A stretch of DNA of 62,409 bases, filler included, from Sphacelaria rigidula (taxonomy: Eukaryota): NCBI GenBank assembly GCA_964200075.2. It is 5 parts of 5 records of this genome, joined end to end, with 100 filler letters (N's around TTAATTAATTAA, not from the genome) between each part and the next. Parts side by side here need not be neighbours in the genome. Positions count along the whole stretch, not along the records: positions 37,509 to 49,910 come from CAXNAA020003813.1; positions 50,011 to 62,409 come from CAXNAA020003814.1; 3 more parts are not named here. One strand, given 5' to 3'. The translations under genes and the position numbers were made by a program. The notes under the pieces are model-generated. The model did not search any database. It was not told the DNA's origin and was given only the letters and a program-made list of their open reading frames with translations. Positions 49,301 through 60,544 of this stretch are shown one piece after another (position 1 is the first letter of the stretch; each line of letters begins with the position of its first letter).

Positions 49301-49910
49301 GACGCTGTAAAACACGTTTACTCACTGCGTAAGCTAGGCAAGCAGGTTACCATTTTTTTTTTGCGCGCTTGCGTTTTTTTTGCGGAAACCATGATTACGT
49401 GACTGTCGAGCTAGACAATATAGTGCTGGGTGGAAAAACGTGAACCCCGTGCAAAGGGAGATAATCATACTATATAGTGTTCAAATGGTAAGACCGTAAC
49501 CTGTGACTGTCTCTGGAAGTTGCGATACCAGAAAATAAAGCAACTCATTGTAGGCTGTCATCAATGCAAGATGATCAGTAAGTAGGCTTCGGGCCGAACA
49601 ATCGTAGCAGGATGCAGCTCACCGTTCATGCGACTCGCCGAACACATGACGGCGCTTCGCGCTTGGTGATTGATTGAGGGCCTGGTCCGGCGAAAACTCG
49701 GCGTGCGACGTCTCGGCTTTGTAGGGATGCGAGGTCAACGGTCTTATGACTACGGCATGAATCAGCATGGGTACGCCACCCTCCCCGTCCTCGATGAATA
49801 TATTATCGCTCCATCGATGTTCTTCTCTCCCCTCCCCCCCCCCCCCCCCCACCCCCCCCACAACCAAAACCACAAAAGACACAATAAACTCCTTCGTTGA
49901 AGAACCAGGA

Positions 49911-50010
49911 NNNNNNNNNNNNNNNNNNNNNNNNNNNNNNNNNNNNNNNNNNNNTTAATTAATTAANNNNNNNNNNNNNNNNNNNNNNNNNNNNNNNNNN
50001 NNNNNNNNNN
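49911..50010. other. Artificial contig spacer
   Basis: N44-TTAATTAATTAA-N44. Confidence 0.98.
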
Positions 50011-50423
50011 CTTGTCCCCTGGTCATCATCCAGGATCCTACATGCTACATCTACTACGCCTTGGTGTATTTTGGCTACAAGTTACATCATCTTGCAGCAC
50101 GCCTTTCCAGCACTTCTGAGTAGTCCCTGGAGGACAGACTTGGCCGGACAGCATGATAAATTGTTTTGCTGTGGCCGATATAAAGCCTGCACGCAGCGGC
50201 GTGTAGCAAGTCTGTCCAGCACTGATTAGAAGTGCCTGGGGGGCAGACTGCCAGACAGCGAGAGACTGCTGGGCCAAAACGAAGGCCTGCAGGAGTAAAT
50301 TACTACTACTGCTGTCGCAACGAAATCTGGACAGCACTACATTTGCGGGTCAAACGTTTAGTTTGGGCCGTTGAAACGTGCGTAGGACTAGCCTGCGCAC
50401 CTGACGCGTAGCACTCAAGCATC

Positions 50424-52300
50424 ATGGACAAGTCGACCAACGTGAACGACATACTCAAGACTATCCCCAAGTTCGGGGATAAAGGTTTTCGTGAGTGTAG
50501 CACGAAAGTGAGGATAAGCAGCGATACCAGACCATCATTGGTTCCGTCATGTACTTGGCTCAAATCACCCACTACGACATCATGTACTGCGCCAGTCAAC
50601 TTGCACGGGCGATGTCGAACATTTCAAAGATCCACATGGGAGCAGCAAAGCATCTTCTTCGCTACCTCTCCGGGTCTAGGGACTTCAGCATCATGTACAA
50701 GAAAGGAGTGATTGGACGTCTTACGAGCGGTCTGAAGACCCGCCATACCTGAGGTTTTGAAGAAGCTTCGAAACAGCAGGGAGCTGATGGATTTCGTGCT
50801 GCTGACATCTAGTGCAGACGCGTACTTGGTAAGGTGTTTGCTGCTGTAGATACCTCCAGTACTACAGCTGCCGATCTGAGATAAAGATGCTCGGGCGTGA
50901 ATTTTGAATTGTTTGAGAAGCCCGGAGAAAATGGTGGAAATGCGCGGTGTTTTGTTCATTCCCGAAGCTTGTCGAAGCAGGGGCGGGGTACAGCATGCTG
51001 TACTGTATGTGTGTTGAGTACGATTCGCGCTTCCCCTAGTTACGTGCTGCGCGTTTTCGGGGATGCTTACAGCATGCACTTGCCATCAGAACCGTCAATA
51101 CCATGATAAATTTATCGGAACCATTCTTGTGAGTGCAATGCAGCTATTACTCCGATATGCTGCAGGTCCTGTGCGGTACGATTGTCTGTACTGTAGAGTG
51201 ACTGACGGCTATAGGTGTTTGTGCTTCCTGGTTTTGGACAGTACGTGTGAACCGCAGTGCTGTTCGAGACGCATTTGCCGTTTCCCGACCTCCCTGTTGT
51301 GGCTGATAGGTATGCAGTAATCCATACAAGAAAACTGTTGTGTATTACGTTCTCTCACTAGGCTGAGTAGTGAGAATAAGACATCATGAATTTGAGCGTG
51401 ATATCAAATATACCATACTTTGCGGAGAAGTAAGTCTGACATAGGACGCCATTTTCGGTGCCTATATTTTTCATTGTGGTGACTTTGCTTACTGTGCGTC
51501 CTTTATACCCGTGATAAAACGAGGGTGGATGAGCGCTGGGATGCATTTTTCCACGACTAGACGCTGAGAGTACGAGTGAGTAGGGACCGTGGCTTTCAAA
51601 CTCGGGATGTTGGCAATAGTACGGTAGGGCATCGAGATTTTCTCTTGGTCCTGCTTATGGCCGGATTGGGGAGGAAACGTTCCTGGGGAAAACCACAACC
51701 GCAAAATTGGTGATGTTGGGTACTCCAAGCGAAGCTGCAGTAATCTAGAGGTAGTATTGTTTGCAGGATTTTGTTTCCCCGGTAGGAAAATTCATTCCCC
51801 GGATCAAAAGCTATATATTCGCTTCATATTCTGTAGTAACAGACCAGTTAGCTGCAGTTTAGGCAGCAAACTAGGATGATCGGTTTTCCGATGTCGTTGT
51901 TGAAGCAACGAGGTATTTTCGTGTTTGATCGTGGCATTGGCGGTAGACTGATATGCAGGTTCTGCTGATCTATATACAGCTTGTTGAGATCGTATGACGT
52001 ATGCTACAAGGGTTCTTGAAAATGATGGTTGCTAGATTGTTGAACCTACAAAATTCAGGGATCGCCCTGTTTTGACTTCGCAATTAGGGACTAATAGTCA
52101 TCAAGAGTCCAGTATTCGCTACTACGTAGTTTCGGCAATAATTTTACGTTGGATTATATACTTCGGTGTTTGGTACATCGATACAACGTATGGTCTAGGC
52201 TGCAGTATGTCTTTGGATGAATGTGAAGTATTTGTTGTTGGAGCACTGTAACATACTTCCATTGAGGGGGAGTGCTATGGATCAGCAAAACTACATGATG
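50424..52300 (+). mobile_element. Internally deleted Copia C2 (gag start fused to RT C-terminus, long 3' region, PPT, LTR stub)
   Basis: MDKSTNVNDILKTIPKF is followed by YQTIIGSVMYLAQITHYDIMYCASQLARAMS...AAKHLLRYL (50525-50710). PPT GAGGGGGAG at 52264-52272, then TG. Confidence 0.75.
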
Positions 52301-53023
52301 CTACGTTCAGCTCTCGTACCAAGCACATAGCACTCCGCTACTTCTTCGTGAGGGAGCTCATCAAGCGGAACCAGATCAGGCTCCATCACTAGCCCAGCGA
52401 GAAACAGCTCGCTGACTTGGCAACAAAGCATCTACCGAAGCACCGTTTCGCTTCAATTGTGAAACAGATCAAGGACTTCAGTTGTTGAATAAAGGACGTG
52501 AAACAGTCATGTAGGCTTGGATAGGCGCAAACGATCTGCACCGGATAAGTGTTTTTTGTCTCTGTAGTTTTGATACGTAGCCAACTAAGGGGTCGAGGAG
52601 GATGATGACTGGCCGAGTCGTTATACCTGGTGTATTTTTTCCATGATCAGGAATCGGTCGTGTGTGGTGGAACACTTTTCATACGATACTAGCCAAGGAG
52701 TCGAGGCAGCTGGCAAGCTTTGCAATGCTCCCTCTATTATCTTGAACTAGTTGCCTGATCAAGGGGTCGTGTCAGGGAAGTGGTGTGTATGAATGCAAGC
52801 AATCAGACACAGATTTACCTTTGTTGACAATTGCAGCAACTAGTCTCAGCCTGGGCAGTAACAGCAGTAGCAGTACAGGTGCAACCAAGAGAAGGATCTG
52901 ACTAGTACACGGGTTGCTGTATCTCCGTAGAACTTGCTGTAAGTATGCTGAATTCTTCTGGAAACACTTCCAGAACGTTCTTCGTAGATCTAGATGATTC
53001 TGGATTCTGTGTATGTGGGGGAG
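52301..53023 (+). mobile_element. Copia C3 unit A (RNase H end, 3' UTR, PPT)
   Basis: Highly similar to 59359-60083; encodes SSRTKHIALRYFFVRE. Confidence 0.95.
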
Positions 53024-53488
53024 AGTTGGAATACACAGTGTCAGTCATTGGTAACGACTACCATCTATCGTAAGCTATCGTAAACAAGTTGGAAATCATT
53101 TGAGTGTTCCAGACATAGTCTGCGGTATATTCTGCGGTACATTATGTTTCCAGAACAAGTTGTCGGGGGATTAATCGGGAGTTATCGGTTGTAATATCCC
53201 GCGAGTGTTTTAGACTTGTGGAAGTTCTGGAAGTTCATTAGCTGATCGGTAAGCTCGCACACTTGGTGCTCGCCCTCCTCATCACTCCTCTACTACTTTT
53301 TTTCTTCTTCATCATCAGCGAAAACTTGACTTCGGGAGTCAGTCAATGATACACATCTTCATTTCTTCAGCCAAATTCTCTGACGGACCAAACCGTGGCC
53401 CGAATGTGATTCTCCACTGTAGGCTACTCAGTCTACAAAGCACACGCAGCACAGCACCGCTGCAGCTGCAGGACGCTTTACTCTCTCA
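53024..53488 (+). repeat. C3 LTR1 (465 bp), shared by units A and B
   Basis: Preceded by PPT GTGGGGGAG, ends CTCA, followed by PBS GGTTATGAGCC. Collinear with 60084-60544. Confidence 0.93.
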
Positions 53489-53499
53489 GGTTATGAGCC
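53489..53499 (+). promoter_or_regulatory. Primer-binding site, copia/Hemivirus type (internal half of initiator tRNA-Met)
   Basis: GGTTATGAGCC immediately follows the LTR and contains the complement of the CAU anticodon. No TGG start. Confidence 0.8.
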
Positions 53500-53874
53500 T
53501 CGCTTAAACGCGTACACGACGAGCTGCAGACATCACGTGGAGGTCAAAACAAGCCTTCTCGCTCGATATCAAAATTTGTCTGTGGACACGAGAAGAAATG
53601 TTCTCGGAGATCTTCGGAGATTGCGGCACCGTCAGCGGTCAACGGCAACAAAAGTAAGCGCGCAAATTTGGTCATCTACACCAAGGTGCTGGGAATTCAC
53701 CTTTGGTATACACACATCACTACTACTGCGGCAGTACTGGGTGCATCTGTGGTGAGCCATCAGCAAGTTTTCGTCGCGTGGGAAAGCCTCGAGTTTCTTA
53801 CACTTCGAGCAAGTTCCTTTGCGGCAGAAGGAAACACGACTACTGGTGTATCTACACAGCAGTGGAAAAGACGA

Positions 53875-54081
53875 TCAACAACCGGAGTCCTCTACATCAT
53901 TAGCAGGAGCGGGATCGGGAAAAGACAATCAGCAACCTGAGTCCTCTACAACGTTAGCAGGAGCGGGATCGGGAAAAAACGGTCAACAACTGGAGTCCTC
54001 TACATCGTTAGCAGGAGCGGGGTCGGGAAGACGACCTACAACCGGAGTCCTCTATATCACTAGCAGGAGCGGGGTCGGGAA
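53875..54081 (+). repeat. 54-bp tandem repeat x4 in the C3 5' leader (also 60963-61170)
   Basis: Unit ACAACCGGAGTCCTCTACATCGTTAGCAGGAGCGGGATCGGGAAAAGACGATCA. Confidence 0.92.
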
Positions 54082-54189
54082 GCCTCGGGTACATACCTTG
54101 CCGCGAGCAATCACACTCCTGCAGCAGGAGCTAGATCTACACAGCAAAAGAGGAGACGAAGATTGCAAAGTCTTCGCTGGAAGCGAACA

Positions 54190-57100
54190 ATGACTGAGGC
54201 CTCAAGAAATTTCGGAGGCGGCATAGCTGTCGGAGCCGATAGCTCCACCAACCTGGGCAACGTCATCAGAGGGCTCAAGAAGTTCGACGGAAAGGATCCG
54301 GCTGAATTCAAGAACTGGATGAAAAAGCTGTGCGTTGTCTTGGGAGTAACACGGAGGGACATTTTGCCACTCCTCAAGGACGAAAGGAAGCCAGATCTAA
54401 GTGACACCGAAGCTATTGAGGCATACAAAAGTTCGAACGAAGACCTCTACGCCGTCCTGTTTCTACTCGTCGAACTACCGGCCGCCTTTTCGGTACACAA
54501 GGATGAAGATGACAGCGGCATCAGCGGCGACGGACAGGTAGCCTTCAAAGAGCTCTGCAGCGACTACGACAGAGTGACCAATGAGGTGATTCGAGCAAAG
54601 ATGTCGGAGCTGGAGAACTCCCCTATGAATACTGGTGAGAATCCCGACGACTACTCCAACCAGAAACATCTTCTTCGTGCACAAATCGAGAAAATGGGGG
54701 AAACTATCTCCAATCGTCGATTCAAGGACATCTGCGTGCGAGGTTTCTCCGACGAGTACAACGACGTCAAGATGATGGTGTTTCGCGACCCCACGTTCGA
54801 CGTGCTACAAATGCAATCGACATTGCGCAACATTTTTATGGACGCGCAATCACGCAAAGGCTCGAACGGGCGAATTACCGGTCGAGGATTTGCAATGACT
54901 ACTGCGATGTCTGAAGTGGTCTGTCACGACTGCAACGAAAGCGGGCACATCAGGAGGAACTGTCCGAGGTTTAAGCCCAAAGTGAAGAAGAAAACGAAGC
55001 CCGCTGGAGCTAAAAATGGTGCGCCAACCACAACACCACGATTCACTCGGAAGAAGAATGCTACAAGCAAGGAGCAAAGCGACCCGAAGAGACGAAGGAA
55101 GCAAGCAAGGCATTCTCGGCATGCTCGCACTGCGCTCACTACGCATCATTTTTGACAACCAAACAAACGAGCAAAGAGACGGCAGCTTTTGATTTCACCG
55201 GCGAAGAGGACGACTTCGACAGCGGCTTCATGTTCGCTACGTGCTCTCCGAATAGAGGATGGAACTTCACAGCGAGCGCCACAAGAACGCCATTTCCGGT
55301 AGACTCGGGCGCATCAGAGATCATGTTCGATGACAGACTCATCTCGAGGAGACACATCCGCGATTACAAGGAGCGCTCCACGCCGAAGATTGTCGAGGTA
55401 GCGGGTCACGGTCAACTGAAAGGAACGGCGACAGGGATCCTACACTGCACAATCAAGGACGACAATGGGCATCAACTGCCAGTACGAATACAGGGCCTCA
55501 TCGTTCCAGGTCTGAGACGCAACATCTTCTCGCCCACATCGCTTCTGAAGAAGGGACTTAGATTCGTCGTCGAAGAGGACACTCCACACCTCACAATGCA
55601 TGGCGCAGTCGTACCTCTCACACAGGATCCGCAAGACCAAGGGATGTGCACACTGGACGTCGGCTTCGAGGAAAACATCACACCTGCGACATCCGTCTCC
55701 AAGCCACCGAGGAAGGAGGCCGGACCGAGCGCCTTCGGAAGATCCGAAACCAAAACGCTGGTCAACAAACCCAGTGCGGTGTGTTCTCTCGCGGAAAGCG
55801 CAGACATTTGGCAACGGAGACTTGGACACCTCAATCAGCGCAGCATGGACATCTTGCGCCGGAAAAAAGACACCGGCGTCGAATACTAGGACAAACCATC
55901 ACCCTGCGACGTATGCGAAGTTGCCAACCACAAGCAAACTTCTCATCCGAAGAAAACCACTCGCGAGCTGTCTCGACCAGGACAACTGGTATACATCAAC
56001 AACATGGAACCGATCCAGCCACCTGCGAGGTTGAAAGGAGGCACATTCTCCTATGTGTGCAAGTTCACTGATGGTGACTCAAAAATGAAGGAAGCGTTCC
56101 TGCTCCGCCACAAGACCGAGACAACGGAAGCCCTGCACGGCTACAACATGCAAGTGGCGGCTGCCGGGGGCTACCGCATTGAAATTATCCGATGCGACAA
56201 AGGATGGGAGAATACCGGGGAGGAGTTCCGCACCTACTGCAAGGACTCTGGAATCAAGATCGAGTACGCCGCCACCAATACCCCTCAACAAATCGGTGTG
56301 CCAGAGAGAGACGGCCAGACCCTGGCAGGGATCACAACATGGTGTCTCTCACGAGATGGAGACTTTCCGCCGTTCATGTGGGGCGAACTGATGCTCACTG
56401 CGGCATATCTGGCCAACAGATCGCCGCACTCGGCGTTAGGAGGAGCTACGCCGTACTCGAGGACGTATAACAAAACGCCCGACCTCTCCTTTGCGTCATC
56501 GGAGCCCGCCCATTTGTCCATCACGAGCGGTACAAGAAGAAGCTGGAAGACAGGGCTTTCGAGGGCAAACTCTGTAGATTCGGACTGGACAGCAAGACTT
56601 ACCGCGTCCACAACCCATCCAACGGAAGTGTGGTCGAAAGCCGAAACGTGACTTTCATTGAAACATCGGCTCGGACCGTCCCCTACCAATTCTCCGATGA
56701 AGACCATGGCTACGAAAGTGATGTCCTGAGGTTTACTTCCTTGCTTGGGAACGACGGATCGACGGATGACTTCAGTGGATCGCACGTTGACGAGTTGGAC
56801 TTCCAGACCAAGAACGGGCTTCTTCGACAGGAAATTAGGAGCATGCAACGAGACAACATCGCTCGGGAAGAGCTGCGCGTTGATGCAGCAAGCGATGCTG
56901 GATATCATGATCATCTCGCCTCCGACAGTGACCAGAGTCCTTCGATTTCTCCATCTCCGGAACATGGATCAACCACGCCGGGATCATCAACGATGCCGCA
57001 CAACACCGGAAACGCTACAACAGCTGGAGGTTCGCCGGGACCATCGGCTGCCCCGTCGGGCATGCGACTCTTTGAGGTGACTCGCGCCGCCACACGCAGG

Positions 57101-59546
57101 AATGTGACTCTCGACGATCCTGTCGACCTTGATTTTGTTCCAAGCTCTCTGGAAGTGAACATGAAGGACAGCGGCCGCTCCCACTTGGCCGTCAGCCGGA
57201 TCGATCCCACCGGCCTCACTTCTCCCCAGTTGGCGGAGATTGCCGAACAAGCACACCGCCCGTGCCCTGGTAACGTCGAGGATTTCGCCCATTTTGATGA
57301 AGACCCTTTTCTAAATTCTCAGACTTACGTGTACGCCACGAGCAATACTCTGAAAGGACTCTTGGAGGAGACAAAACAAGCGATCGAGATTCCCAGCACC
57401 TACACCGAAGCCATGGACTCCCCTGAACACAAGGAATGGAAAGGCGCACGCGGGAAAGAAATGGACAGCCTACAGAAATACCACGTCTACAACCGCGTTC
57501 CACTTAGTAGCGTACCCAAGGGAGAAAAGATCCTTCCCACAAAGTTCGTCTTCAAGCAAAAGGTGGATGGTTGCTTCAAAGCACCCTTGGTCGTCGGTGG
57601 ACACCTACAAGAAGCAGGACATGACTACGGGAGGAGTTACGTGCCAGTATGTCGTCTTGGGAGCATTCGTATGGTGCTGGCCGTAGCCTGCGACAAAGGA
57701 TGGCCAATTTATCAAATGGACGTGGTGGTGGCATTCCTGAACGCTCACTGCAACAGAGACGTGTACGTCAAACCCGTCCCAGGCGACAGGCTCAAGAACC
57801 CCGTGACAGGCGAGTCAGTAGTTTACAAGCCAGAGTGCAGCCTCTACGGATTGTCACAGTCCCCGATTTTGTGGAACGACACTCTGGACGAAGTACTCGT
57901 CGTGTTCGAATGGAAACGTACGCAGTCAGACCCCTGCGTATATGTCTACGGAAGCGGCGACACTCTGGTAATCCTCACCGTATACGTCGACGATATCCTC
58001 ATCACTGGAAAGGATCAGGACTTGGTCAAGAAGAAGAAGAAGGAACTCACGGATCGGTTCGAGATGACCGACATGGGAGAAGTGAAGCGCATTCTTGGCA
58101 TCTAGGTCCAGAGGGACTACGAACGCGGGACGATGGCTATCTCGCAAGGGGACTACGTCGCCACGATTCTGGAACGATTTGGAATGCAAGAGGCCAATCC
58201 GGTTAGCACGCCAGGAAACAGAGGAGAGCTCACCACGGATCAACCTCAAGATCAGCTTCTTGGAGTCGCAGACAAGAAATTGTACCAGTCCATCACGGGG
58301 AGCCTGCTCTACCTTGCTCAATGCACAAGATACTACCTGTGTTATGCAGCTCACCAACAAACGAGAGCATGCAACAACCCAGCACAGGTGCACCTGACTG
58401 CAGCCAAGCATGTGCTACTTCCTCTGTCCCACAAGTAAAGTCCGTTATGGAGGACAGGCCGTACCTCGCCAACGGAGGTGCTCACGATATTATGGTCAAG
58501 TTCGTTGAAACTAGATAGTTGTGGAGATGACCACTGGAAAAAATAAAACAAAAAAAACAACTTACAGCTTTGGAATCGTTGGGTCGAACATGGCCAATTT
58601 TCGACCAAATTCCGTCCAATCTGTGCATTTACGGCCGAATTTCGATGATTTTGGCTTGTTTTGAAGTAATTGAAGGCTGCAAGGTAAATGAGTAGTTTCA
58701 GACGAGGCGTAGCTATCGTATGCTAGCGATGAACCGGAGAAAAAGAGCCAGTAATGTTTTTTTTCACGACTTTTGCCGTTTCCGGGTCCCCAGAATTCGT
58801 CTGTGTTTTGGAAAAGGGGCGAAATATAGCCATTTCTGGGCCGACTGATCGTTTATCGGCCGTTCACGCACGCTGGCTGCTGCGCAACCCGGAGAAAAAG
58901 AAGACGTGGTTCAACGGAAAAAAAACCCTGAAGATTAAAAAAAGAAATTCGTCTACGACATTGGACACGGTTATGGGTCCGTGCGATCACAACGGACTTT
59001 ACTTATGGGACAGAGGAAGTACGATACCTTCGCGGCGCCCCGGAACTTCCCATCGTCTTCAAGCAGGGACAATTCCGACTCATGATATTCGACGACTCAT
59101 CCTTTGGAGCAAACCCAGACAACGGGAAATCCACTACAGGATACCTCTTCTTTCTGGGAGGGGGACTCATCAGCTTCGGGTCCAAGACTCAGCCTCTCAC
59201 CTCACAGAGCACTGTCGAAGCTGAGCTTCAAGTGCTTAGCTTTGGTGCCAGGGAAGCGGTTTATCTCTCGAACTTCATGAGGGAACTTGGATTCAAGACC
59301 TTCGGATCGGTGCCTATCAACAGCGACAGCACCGGAGCTTTGACTGTGGCAGGGAATACTATGTTCAGCTCTCGTGCCAAGCACATAGCACTCCGCTACT
59401 TCTTCGTGAGGGAGCTCATCAAGCGGAACCAGATCAGGCGCCATCACTAGCCCAGCAAGAAACAGCTCGCTGACTTGGCAACAAAGCATCTACCGAAGCA
59501 CCGTTTCGCTTCAATTGTGAAACAGATCAAGGACTTCCGTTGTTGA
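54190..59546 (+). pseudogene. gag-pol: C3 unit B gag-pol (full length, disrupted)
   Basis: gag with CHDCNESGHIRRNC; protease VDSGAS; WQRRLGH; integrase (RCDKG, PQQIGVPER); RT (YVDD); RNase H (STVEAE, INSDS). Several stops and frameshifts plus a MITE insertion. Confidence 0.96.
58418..59019. mobile_element. Stowaway-like Tc1/mariner MITE (602 bp) inserted in the C3-B RT
   Basis: 29-bp TIR CTTCCTCTGTCCCA(C/T)AAGTAAAGTCCGTT with 1 mismatch. TA TSD at 58416-58417 and 59020-59021. Excising it restores KHVLRYL. Confidence 0.96.
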
Positions 59547-60083
59547 ATAAAGGACGTGAAACACTCATGCAGACTTGGATAGGCGCAAAAGGTCTGCACC
59601 GGATAAGTGTTTTTTGTCTCTTTAGTTTTGATACGTAGCCAACTAAGGGGTCGAAGAGGATAATGACTGGACGAGTCGTTATACCTGGTGTATTTTTCCA
59701 TAACCAGGAATCGGTCGTGTGTGGTAGATGACTTTTGATACGATATTAGCCAAGGGGTCGAGGCAGTTGGCAAGCTTTGCAATGCTCCCTCTACTATCTT
59801 GAACTAGTTGCCTGATCGAGGAGTCGTGTCAGGGAAACGGTATGTATGAATGCAAGCAATCAGACACAGAGTTGCCTTTGTTGACGATTGCAGCAACTAG
59901 TCTCAGCCTGGGCAGTGACAACAGTAGCAGTACAGGTGCAACCAAGAGAAGGATCTGACTAGTACACGGGTTGCTGTATCTCCGTAGAACTTGCTGTAAG
60001 TATGCTGAATTCTTCTGGAAACACTTCCAGAACGTTCTTCGTAGATCTAGAAGATGATTCTGGATTCTGTGTATGTGGGAAAG

Positions 60084-60544
60084 TGTTGGAATATTCAATG
60101 TCAGTCATCGGTAACGACTACTATCTATCGTAAGTTATCGTAAACAAGTAAGAAATCATTTGAGTGTTCCAGAAATAGTCTGCGGTATATTCTGCGGTAC
60201 ATTATGTTTCCATAACAAGTTGCCGGGGGATTAATCGGGAGTTATCGGTTGTAATATCCGTGTTCTAGACGTGTGGGAGTTCTGGAAGTTCATTAGCTGA
60301 TCGGTGGGCTCGCACACTTGGTGCTTGCCCACCTGATCACTCCTCTACTACTTCTCTTCTTCATCACCATCAGCGAAAACTTGACTTCGGGAGTCAGTCA
60401 ATAATAAACATCTTTTATTTCTTCAGTCAAATTATCGGACGGATCAAACCGTGGCCCGAGTGTAATCCTCCGCGGTAGGCTACTCGGTCTACAAAGCACA
60501 CGCAGCACAGCACCGCTGCAGCTGTAGGACGCTTTACACTCTCA
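60084..60544 (+). repeat. C3 LTR2 (461 bp), shared by units B and C
   Basis: TGTTGG...CTCA, with a PPT before and PBS GGTTATGAGTC after. Confidence 0.94.

Noticed and set aside
54990-55160. Programmed gag/pol frameshift in C3 unit B
   Set aside because: Unit C has GCTACAAAATGG where B has GCTAAAAATGG and reads continuously to the protease, so B carries simple indels.
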